In this document: piece after piece, positions 37,301 to 41,413 of the stretch | Layout: each line of letters starts with the position of its first letter | How positions within the stretch are numbered: position 1 is the first letter of the stretch | DNA from: an uncultured Planctomycetia bacterium | GTDB lineage: Bacteria; Omnitrophota; Gorgyraeia; 2-02-FULL-51-18 | DNA length: 64,000 nt | Direction of reading: 5' to 3' | Assembly: GCA_964606485.1 (NCBI GenBank) | Contig: CAZSGP010000001.1 | Coordinates: forward strand, 97,085 to 161,084 | The notes under the pieces: generated by a model | Databases searched by the model: none | Told to the model about the DNA's origin: nothing | What the model saw: only the letters and a program-made list of their open reading frames with translations | Translations under genes and position numbers: made by a program

Positions 37301-38724
37301 CCTCCGCCGGATTCGCTTATTTTGGAACCTACAACGCACCGGGCGTCATTGTCAAAGTGAGACTTTCGGATAATTCCCGCGTGGGCGTGCTCACTCTGAG
37401 CGCCGGGGAAGATTATTTGAGCTCTGCGGTGATCGACACGACGAGTGCCACGCACTACGCCTATTTTGGAACCAATTCTAATCCGGGCACCATTGTTAAA
37501 ATCAATCTTTCCAGTTTTACGAGAGTGGGAGCGGCGACGGGGCTTGCCGCGACGGATGATTATTTTACCTCTGCTGTGATTTACACCAACACCTACGCGT
37601 ATTTTGGAACCAACACCGCGAGCGGTGCTTACATTGTTAAGATTGATCTGTCGAGCTTTTCCAAATCCGGAAGCAGTCTTCAGCTCAATAACGGAGAAGA
37701 TTATTTAACGTCGGCTGTTATCGACGGAACCGGTACTTTCGCGTATTTCGGAACCAACACTTCAACGGGCCATATTGTAAAGGTGAGTCTAGCTGGGTTA
37801 ACGCGGGTGGGTGAGATTTCGGGTTTGGCAACCGACGATCAGTTTTTCACCTCGGCCGTGATTGATAACACCAACAACTTTGCGTATTTTGGAACCAATG
37901 ATGCTAACGGTGCGACCGGAGCCTACATTGTTAAAATTAACACCAATACGTTCCAGAAAGTCGGCAGCAGCTTAGGCTTGAATGACGGCGAAGACTACCT
38001 GACCTCTGCGGTGATTGATGTGACCAATGGCTACGCTTATTTTGGAACGTATACGGATCCTGGAATTGTGGTGAAGATCAGGCTTTCAGATTTTACCCGC
38101 AACGCAGCCGTCACGTTGACCGCGGGCAACTCAAACTTGGCGGCCGCGGTGATTGACGTCACGAATAGCGCCGCTTACTTTGGAACCGACACGACGATTC
38201 CGGCCCGCGTGATCAAGATAAATTTAGGCGGCCAGATCCGGATTATCAGTCTACTCACGGTGACAAACAACCTTACAATCGGCGATCTTAGCACGCCGAC
38301 GCTCGTTGCCGCGCTGGCCAACATCTTAGTGGGTGGTAATTGGACGAATTACGGCACGTTTAGTGCGGGAACTTATACGGTAACGCTGAACGGCGGCGAT
38401 GGAGTCAACCAACATATTTATGGAAGCACAACTTTCTACAATTTGACCAAGGATATGTCCAGTGGAACGCAGGATGGCACGCTGACTTTTGAGTCTGGCG
38501 CCGGCAACCAAACCAATATTACGAATACGCTACTGCTCAAGGGCAACGCCAAGTATAACTTAAAACTTCGTTCCTCGAGCGCCGCGCAGTTTTATTTAAA
38601 CCCCACCAACACTGCGACCTTGAGCGACTTGAATATTCAAAACTCCAACAACGCTGGCGCATCTCTTACGGCCAATAGCTCGGTCAACAGCGGCGGCAAT
38701 TCCGGATGGACGGTTAATCCCTAG
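22333..38724 (+). CDS. Giant TpsA exoprotein (filamentous-hemagglutinin-like, 5463 aa)
   Basis: N-terminal TPS secretion domain (NGDVSFTNPDANTLNININSDQSIIQYNSFNIAAGETVNF...LNRVVAGGDSQIFGNLFANGNLILLNQNGINFGAAAQVNVGSLMASTQN). Then ~3500 aa of Gly/Thr-rich PATR-like beta-strand repeats (G.LTLSG.NTYTG.TT(I/V).AGTL). Then 18 C-terminal ~45-aa repeats (SAVID...FAYFGT.T.PG.IVKI.L..F.RVG). Confidence 0.9.
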   Translation: MINLWRNLQCHKRRSARIAAMGMMLIFLGSPCGLVWALPQGQDVINGDVSFTNPDANTLNININSDQSIIQYNSFNIAAGETVNFFMPSTDAFSLNRVVAGGDSQIFGNLFANGNLILLNQNGINFGAAAQVNVGSLMASTQNLSNVDFLNRQYIFAGTDNNPNSFISNEGNITTSNGGFVVLAADAIRNTGTIEAPLGTVILAGGKNVTVNLTNDGLVNVAIDEAVAQNVLDSDGNPITDQLKNSGTLRGATVKLDAKSAANIYQSAINQDGIIRADQVSVGQDGIVEITASGLVKLGGSIAADQTSVQSDTNITVDTALITSGNTILAAKNNIDVNANVTTDSGSLSFLADSDLNGQGAFTQAIGTTIRTTTFGDITIQGSGESVLGNIVSAGNITLQDGGASAHFTQLSGSVLQSGGSFTIDNGVSYSASNAVLSISKDWLNYGSFDAGLSLVKLVGSLDASVMANNVFNDLEIIEPSKNVEFEAGKTQEITGTLTVSGQNGKMVNIQSTNNEIPAILSILGNYRIEYAQVKNITSVNIHGPPTAGLHLQNLGGNTGWDFSSGVVFIGSVSSDWSDALNWDGGFVPGAFDLVRFNASSGSASLYIDTAIAGLFLESDYTGTLSLGSSTLTISGDFSVRGGNFQAGTSTVVFNDASQISHILGNNTFYNFMSVTPSKVIQFEAGKTQTILGNWKLEGAFAQHVRLVSTESGNQWLVDPRGSYDISYSWVEDSHSLRPGDIIMTESSNRGNSIGWDPVATWTGASSANWNDAGNWSGLGGVTPGMGDDLLFPDGAANLSNTNDFAADTLFNSLTISGSGYTLAGNSIIIGAGAAGITDSSAAGSNTISLPIKFLATRTITVTDSATTLTISGIISDAGGLTKEGAGKLILSGANTYSGTTKVNYGVLNIQNANALGTIAGGTEVVEGAGLQIQGNIAVGAEALLLRGNGFSSAGALRNISGDNSYGGAITLVAGGAEISSDAGTLTLNGGISGAFPLIVDGAGNVTFASTPIATAAGTLTKNGAGTLTFNFTNTFTGLTTLNAGTLLYGTHNALSTGAVTVLGGTFDVATFSDSIGTLTLNGGVVTGSTGVLSSTATYDVRSGTISAVLGGAVGLTKTTSGTVVLSGANIYTGTTTVSAGILSVQNNLALGDIDGATTVTSGATLQIDGNGLSIAEAISTLNGVGVVSGTSGVGALRNLANNNTWTGAIALGAASTIYCDAGTLTISTTGITGNTFGLTVDGPGNVTLSTAPLNTTTGTLTKNGAGTLTMQSFNTYTGVTTINAGTLVLSGNGASTLSTFTINSGAALTLDNSGTTGVDRMGDTLAVTMNGGDLNIIGHGSTYTNMILGALTLSSGENTITITPGAAGTGVTFASFSRSAGATALFRGTSFGSAPGAGVSSLFFVTESGLLTGGEGSANSTTISIIAGAFGDNSLSGTGTDMVTYNEGNSNGLRLLNGAGFSGEYLSNSFTTTNANVKLTAATNAATGTINSLIIDSGGSIADAGTAETITFTTGNILSLSGNSGISGANTTLAFGTVQASTRVVGDLAISAAITGTGGLATGGAGTLTFSTAQAYTGLTSINDTTFLYVIDNAISTGALTINNGILNLSTFSDSVAAVILTSGSISGSGTLTSTASFTVSSGTVTATLNGGVALTKTTVGTVTLSGNNSYTGLTTISAGVLKLGATGSGANTPLGTTGAGTSVTSGAALDLNGFTLATAEGLTINGTGIALGGALMNSSATPVSYSGNIILGAASRINANSGTLTLNGGISGAFGLTVGGAGNSTISGVISTVTSLTKDGTGTLTLSGDNTMAGTTTVSVGTLKLGANGGGTNTPLGTTAAGTSVTSGAVLDLNGFSLGTTEGLTINGTGINGGGALINSAVGTPTYQGAIALGSASTITSNNGAITLSGAFSGAFALTLDGTSSGTISGVVGTGAGTITKVGTGTWTLSNAGSTYTGLTTISAGTLKLGANGGATNTPLGTTGGATVVNSGAVLDLNGFALGTAEGLTLNGMGIANGGALITNAASTFLGAITLASDTRIANSGAGTALTLNGGVTTAGFLLTVGGAGNTTFSTAAVAGAGGIIKEGAGTLTMNVSSSYTGATLVKAGTFTYGASGLLAVTALTVTGGTFDINTISDAIGTVTLLGGSITGTTGVLTSTGYTVENGTIDAILAGAVTLVKNTTGTVTMTKANTYSGASTINAGTLTLSGSGTAVSSAFTINSGATLTLDNSGTNVASRLGDAVALTMNGGNFYFIGNGAAAASETAGALTLSSGYNIVTVTVGAGGSTIMTFASASRTAGATVLFRGNSLGNAPAANVANIRFTNATGLGLTGANTTATDKPIVPYAFGEPSGGGTGTSFVTHNVDLVGNAANTNGIRPLDLATEYVADSFAAGSANKNVIIQNATNAAAQTINSLLLYNASVSYASDVTITVTSGAVARVLAGDIEATSASATRILAFAGVEAKIFAIDSFYIAPNITGTAGLSTGGTGTLTFPGAGTFGVVKAYTGTTTINSGTLTYGLSDALSSGAVTVVGGTYNLAGFSDSIGALTMNGGTVTTGAGTLTLGGTVTTLASIRESTISGNLGLGANRIFDVADGLVVNDLVVSAVISGGFTVTKSTGTGTLVFSGDNTYTGVTTISSGIFKLGASGGGVNTPLGTTAAGTVISNGAAFDLNGFTLGTAEGLTINGTGVSSSGALFNSSGTAVTYSGLLVIGATAPTITANNGNINISNVGTITGAAVVLTLSGSGNGSVTSIIGTPTSGLTKTGAGTWTLSGDSTYATATTISAGVIKLGAAGGGTNTPLGTTAAGTVVSSGAALDLNGFTLGTAEGLTISGAGIVSGGSVGALINSSGSSVTYSGQLLLGASSTITANNGDINLSAVGTITGAGFALTLNGSGNGSLASVVGTVGGTVVKNGQGTWTLSGSSTYTGATTVNAGTLKLGATGGGTNTPLGTTGTGTTVNAGAVLDLNGFTLGTTEGLTLNGSGINNGGALVNNSGSATGYSGAIVMGSATRITNSGAGLLTLSGATTGAFNLSVGGAGDTTISANITTAGITLTKDGAGTLTLSAANGFTGLTRVDAGTLKYGIANALNTGAVTIAGGTLDISGFSDTNLGALTLISGSVINSGGAATITSTATYTLESGTVSAVLAGVGIALNKNTAGTVTINASQTYTGTTTINAGILTYGASGLLAATAINVSGGTYDINSISDTVGAVTLTSGYITGTTGVLTGTSYAVQSGTISAILGGAVALTKTTSGTVILSGLNTYTGVTTITAGTLSVSVLANGGASSGIGAAAALSTNLVFNGGTLQYTGTGHSTDRLFTINTTITAIIDASGSGTASFTGASITYQTNNTIHGLTLTGRGNGSFTPVIANMGTGVTSVTKNGTGTWTLNGTSTYTGTTTVNAGTFAYGASNILAVTALTVSGGTFSMAGFSDTIGAVNLTSGSITSTTGVLTGTSYAVQRGTISAILAGAVTMTKTTAGTVVLSGVNTYSGVTTITAGVLSVGTIGNGGVSGNLGAAAVAVGNIVLNSTGVLQYTGSTASTNRGFTLTAAATSFIDITQSGTILTVSGGSAANTGGLTKIGAGTLTFSAAVSYTGTTTITAGTLAYGAANILSTGAVTVDGATAVLAMGNNQSDTVGTVTVSSGGSITGSGTSALTTTGTFEMQSGSVSAILAGAVALNKTTSGTVTLSGVNTYTGVTTISAGTLSVGTIGNGGVAGNLGAAAVAVGNIVIGGTGVLQYTGGTASTNRGFTITAGQTGTIDVSNGAATLTISGGTATNSGALTKIGAGTLTFTTTAATYTGTTTINAGTLSYGMANMLSSGAVTVDGATAVLALGLNQSDTVGTVTVANGGSITGTGTSSLTSTGTFEMQSGSVSAILAGATIVMNKTTAGTVTLSGVNTFTGLTTISAGTLTYGVNDALSNGGVTVSGGTLSLLTFNETNIGAVTLTSGSITSTTGVLTGTSYAVQSGSISAILAGAVALNKTTSGTVTLSGVNTYTGVTTISAGTLSVGTIGNGGVAGNLGAAAVAVGNIVIGGTGVLQYTGGTASTNRGFTITAGQTGTIDVSNGAATLTISGGTATNSGALTKIGAGTLTFTTTAATYTGTTTINAGTLSYGMANMLSSGAVTVDGATAVLALGLNQSDTVGTVTVANGGSITGTGTSSLTSTGTFEMQSGSVTAILAGAVALNKTTSGTVTLTGVNTYSGITTITSGTLSVAADSGLGTAPGSPTAGHLAFNGGALQTTAGFTLNSNRGVALTGDGTFLVDPATTLVYNGIITGTGALSKTGTGTLTLGGSVTSGGLTVTAGTFGASGVSLLDVNGNVLINGGTLTPPALNFTVSGDWTVSSGTFNAGSGRVVFDGSGTQQVSVGGQSFYEFTHTGSGTVQLVTSAFSANAFTNSNGTFSLNGQNFTVSSSSFTNTANMELQGNETVSINSPYVVAGTWTYRGRNIAETLTIKDFGAIDYYNLTINDTNGTKATFSIADSLVVSGTLTLSGGNLTQASGSGNTITAAIYAQSGGSTFTGGNADMTINGDLGLSGADTIFTTSSATTQVITLTVNSSGSGELLMASGATLRVTGSGTPVTGTGTIDTTTNGNNTFEFTGAADISTASPFYNLSLIAVPFSQGGILTLNYDESAITSVVIDTTNGFGYFGTGTSPGIIIKVRLADNSRVGALTLASGENNLTTAVMDGQYAYFGTYTTSAKVVKVDLSTFTRVSAVSLSAGQDYLYASVVDTTNHFAYFGTYTAPGKIIKINTASGSFAYVGELDMGSVGANESYFYNNAAVLDTENNFAYFGTYTENGASGAYVVKINTAPAGFAYVGNIALANGEDNIASAVIDLSGATNYAYFGTDTAPGQIVKVNLNTFTRVGAATGIVAGEDNFTSAVIDTANQFAYFGTDTAPGKIVKIDLATFAKTSTITLNSGEDYLYSAAIDTSNNFAYFGNANNPGYIIKVNTSTGSFARVSSLQTNVAENWINSAVIDTSAGFAYFGTYNAPGVIVKVRLSDNSRVGVLTLSAGEDYLSSAVIDTTSATHYAYFGTNSNPGTIVKINLSSFTRVGAATGLAATDDYFTSAVIYTNTYAYFGTNTASGAYIVKIDLSSFSKSGSSLQLNNGEDYLTSAVIDGTGTFAYFGTNTSTGHIVKVSLAGLTRVGEISGLATDDQFFTSAVIDNTNNFAYFGTNDANGATGAYIVKINTNTFQKVGSSLGLNDGEDYLTSAVIDVTNGYAYFGTYTDPGIVVKIRLSDFTRNAAVTLTAGNSNLAAAVIDVTNSAAYFGTDTTIPARVIKINLGGQIRIISLLTVTNNLTIGDLSTPTLVAALANILVGGNWTNYGTFSAGTYTVTLNGGDGVNQHIYGSTTFYNLTKDMSSGTQDGTLTFESGAGNQTNITNTLLLKGNAKYNLKLRSSSAAQFYLNPTNTATLSDLNIQNSNNAGASLTANSSVNSGGNSGWTVNP
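22450..23250 (+). other. TPS (haemagglutination-activity) domain of TpsA
   Basis: Motifs listed in the parent CDS. Approximate boundaries. Confidence 0.75.
33368..33971 (+). repeat. Copy 1 of a perfect ~604-bp direct repeat within tpsA (period 909 bp)
   Basis: Minus-strand artefact ORFs 33385-33621 and 34294-34530 translate identically. The nucleotide strings cttgccggagccgtcgctttaaataaaacg ... gaaatgcaaagcggttc are identical at 33368-33971 and 34277-34880. Confidence 0.8.
34277..34880 (+). repeat. Copy 2 of the perfect ~604-bp direct repeat within tpsA
   Basis: See copy 1. Flanks diverge (…SVSAILAGATIVMNK… vs …SVTAILAGAVALNK…). Confidence 0.8.
36200..38235 (+). repeat. 18 tandem ~45-aa repeats at the TpsA C-terminus (in-frame coding repeat)
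   Basis: Consensus L..GED(Y/N)L.SAVID..N.FAYFGT.T.PG.IVK(I/V).L..F.RVG, counted from the translation. May form a beta-propeller or beta-solenoid. Confidence 0.7.
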
Positions 38725-38732
38725 CTTACCGC

Positions 38733-39734
38733 TTACTTGGAATACTGCGAATCAACCTCGTCATAAACTGATTTAGAGATATTTCGGATGGCAGTGGACA
38801 GTCGGCCGTACTCGCTACCCTTGGTCATTACGGCCAGAATGTAGGGGTTATTTGGGTAATAAACAATCGCGATTTCATGCAGTTGTTTTTCATCGATATC
38901 CGGAAAGAAACGCTCACCAAATTTATGGGCCACTACGATATTTGTTGGGAGTCCTGCAACGATACCACTTTTATAATTCGACTCCGTTAGATAGGTCAGG
39001 GCCCTTTGCGATAGCTCTTCATTGATGTAAGAGGCGTTATAAAGGGTTCTTAAAAAACCTGCGACAATCCTAAGAGACACAAACTGGCTATTGGCCGTGT
39101 AACGGTCCGCATCTATTCCAAAATCGTCAAAAGTTTTGCGTATCGTGCCGCGCGGGAGGCTGTTCAAAAGGATTTTATTCGCGGTGTTGTCGGATTCGGC
39201 GATCATAAAATGTATCAATTCATCCACAGAATAGCTCTGTCCGATCTTAGCCGAGCTCTCCTGGGGTACTCCGGCGCCTATTCCGCCGAGATCCACCGCC
39301 TCATACTTGATTTTCTTGTTTAGAATATCCGGGTTTTGTTCAGCCATTTTGTAATAGCATAGCATTACCGGAACCTTGAGAATGCTCGCCGGACAGAACT
39401 CCTCCTTTTCATTTATTCCGATGGTGATTCCGTCGCCCAGGCTTCGGAAATAAACAGCCGCTTCCCGGATATTGCCGCTGGCTTTCTCGCGTTCAATGGT
39501 CTCTTCAATTTGCGACTTAAAAGGCCTTAGTTCTTTGAATTTCATAATCCCTAAAAGGGGATTAGTGAGGCGTTTGGTTTCGGCGGCAAGAGAATTTTTG
39601 TCCGTAAGGCAGAAGCCGACCCATAAAAAAAATAGTAAAATGCCGCTTGTAAGGGCACAGAAAAACCACGTGGGTTTAAATTTTTTTTCGCGGTTCATTT
39701 GGTAACGCAGTATATCACACCGCGCCCTAAACAT
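38733..39734 (-). CDS. Membrane-anchored class A beta-lactamase-related serine hydrolase
   Basis: SxxK (S117-I-L-K120), SDN (S181-D-N) and K-S/F-G (K255-S-G / HKFGE) motifs at class-A-like spacing. N-terminal TM helix. Convergent with tpsA, with only 8 bp between the stops. Confidence 0.65.
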   Translation of the reverse strand: MFRARCDILRYQMNREKKFKPTWFFCALTSGILLFFLWVGFCLTDKNSLAAETKRLTNPLLGIMKFKELRPFKSQIEETIEREKASGNIREAAVYFRSLGDGITIGINEKEEFCPASILKVPVMLCYYKMAEQNPDILNKKIKYEAVDLGGIGAGVPQESSAKIGQSYSVDELIHFMIAESDNTANKILLNSLPRGTIRKTFDDFGIDADRYTANSQFVSLRIVAGFLRTLYNASYINEELSQRALTYLTESNYKSGIVAGLPTNIVVAHKFGERFFPDIDEKQLHEIAIVYYPNNPYILAVMTKGSEYGRLSTAIRNISKSVYDEVDSQYSK

Positions 39735-39803
39735 TCAAAGAAGGCGTCATGTCAGTTTTAGAAAAGTTGACTTGTTGAGAGTCTGCACGGTAGATTACAT
39801 TCC

Positions 39804-40748
39804 ATGACTACAGATGCCATACACCTCACCCGTACCGGAGTTCAGATCGCCGATCGCGCGCGCGTGATTAAGCGCCTTAAAGAAAAATTCGATCGCTCTC
39901 ATTGTCTCTTGCTCAAGAATTTTTTAGACCCGTCACTTTTAAAGCAGATCGCTCTAGAAATTAAAACAGGCGTCTTTTATGAGCGAGTTCACAAGGGGAT
40001 ATCGCTTGAGTCTTGCTTGCGTCCGAGTGCAGTGACTCATATTTTAGATTTTGCAATCAATGACTCAGCTTTATTTCAAGTTATCCGCGAAATATCGGGC
40101 TGCGCCCCGGTCGGATGCTTTAACGGCCGCGTCTATCGAATGCGCCCCGGCAAGGGACATTATGATTCATGGCACAGCGATATTAACGAGAAACAACAGC
40201 GCATGGTGGGGATGAGCATTAATTTAAGCCCAAAGCCCTACCAAGGCGGTGTGCTTCAGATCCGAGACGATCGAAGCAAAAAAATTTTAAAAGAACTTCA
40301 TAACACGGGTTTTGGAGACGCCATTTTATTCCGGCTAAAACCCTATCTTGAGCATCAGGTGACGAATGTCGACGGGCCTTTCGATAAAACCGCTTACGCA
40401 GGCTGGTTTCAACAGTTTCCGAAAAATAAGCTGATCTCTAAAAAAGGAAATGCTCGTCCCGTGACGCGCGGCGACAAAAGCTTGCGCATCAATAGAACCT
40501 TCAGGGTATCTAAAAAAGTGATGACTCGTCAGCAAGGAACCGCGTTTTTAATCTGCCAGCCATCGCGCGATGTTTGCTATGGCCTGGATGGCGTGGGCCG
40601 GTCCATCTGGGATCACCTGCAGCAATCCAGCACGGTATCGTCTCTTACCGCAAAATTGTCTTCACAGTACAACGCCCCGCCGGAAACTCTTAAAAAAGAT
40701 GCCGAGCGCATGATCCGAGTGCTGTTCGCTCAAGGTTTTATAGAGTGA
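39804..40748 (+). CDS. 2OG-Fe(II) oxygenase-like domain fused to a C-terminal PqqD-like RiPP recognition element
   Basis: HxD...H facial-triad candidates (W-H-S-D ... L-E-H-Q). The C-terminal 70 aa, CYGLDGVGRSIWDHLQQSSTVSSLTAKLSSQYNAPPETLKKDAERMIRVLFAQGFIE, match the PqqD pattern. Confidence 0.6.
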   Translation: MTTDAIHLTRTGVQIADRARVIKRLKEKFDRSHCLLLKNFLDPSLLKQIALEIKTGVFYERVHKGISLESCLRPSAVTHILDFAINDSALFQVIREISGCAPVGCFNGRVYRMRPGKGHYDSWHSDINEKQQRMVGMSINLSPKPYQGGVLQIRDDRSKKILKELHNTGFGDAILFRLKPYLEHQVTNVDGPFDKTAYAGWFQQFPKNKLISKKGNARPVTRGDKSLRINRTFRVSKKVMTRQQGTAFLICQPSRDVCYGLDGVGRSIWDHLQQSSTVSSLTAKLSSQYNAPPETLKKDAERMIRVLFAQGFIE

Positions 40749-41413
40749 ATCTCCTCGTTGAAATAGCGGATATTTGCGCTTGGTACGCGCACCGCTGTGC
40801 AAACTCCGTCGTTCTATGCCTCAAAGAAATTTTTCGTTCGATCGAGGATTATCTCCAGGACAGGAAACTTGGGATTCGGACCTGTTATGTTCATTCGGAT
40901 TTGGTGGAACGATCACTTTATCAAGATGAGATTCTCTACAAACCGACCAGTTTTCACCGCATCCGGAAAATGATGGAGCATTTAAAACTGGGTTCTCAAG
41001 ATGTATTTGTGGATATTGGCTGCGGCAAGGGGCGAGTGGTTTGTATGGCGGCGCGAGAACCCATCAAGAAAGTAGTTGGGCTTGAGCTAAAAAAAGTGTT
41101 GGCCGATACAGCGGAACAAAATTTGAGTACTTTAAAGGAAAAAAAATCTGAAGGCCTGATTCTTCGGGGAGATGTTCTGGCGCAGGATCTGTCCGAAGGA
41201 ACTGTGTTCTTTATGTACGATCCCTTTTTCTTTAAAACATTTAGCCAGGTTATTGAAAATATTCATCAAAGCGTGATCCGCTTTCCTCGTTGCGTGCGAA
41301 TTGTTTATTTTGACCAGCGCTATGGCGACTACTTGGATTCTCTGGACTGGCTAAAATCCGAAGGGGAAATCGGACACACCCGGATTTTTGTGTGGACCTA
41401 TAAACCGTCTTGA
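40745..41413 (+). CDS. Small class I SAM-dependent methyltransferase
   Basis: Motif I VFVDIGCGKGRVV. Acidic post-I residue in VVGLELKK. Translationally coupled to the oxygenase-RRE gene (4-nt overlap). Confidence 0.6.
   Translation: MNLLVEIADICAWYAHRCANSVVLCLKEIFRSIEDYLQDRKLGIRTCYVHSDLVERSLYQDEILYKPTSFHRIRKMMEHLKLGSQDVFVDIGCGKGRVVCMAAREPIKKVVGLELKKVLADTAEQNLSTLKEKKSEGLILRGDVLAQDLSEGTVFFMYDPFFFKTFSQVIENIHQSVIRFPRCVRIVYFDQRYGDYLDSLDWLKSEGEIGHTRIFVWTYKPS

Noticed and set aside
22692-38511. Dozens of 60-233-aa minus-strand ORFs inside tpsA. Examples are 26349-27050, 30675-31121 and 32571-33152. They are Pro/Val/Ala-rich.
   Set aside because: They are antisense artefacts of the Gly/Thr/Ala-rich repetitive coding sequence. 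GGN/ACN/GCN codons read as Pro/Val/Ala on the opposite strand. They have no starts with RBS and lie fully inside a gene that has clear TPS and PATR protein signatures.
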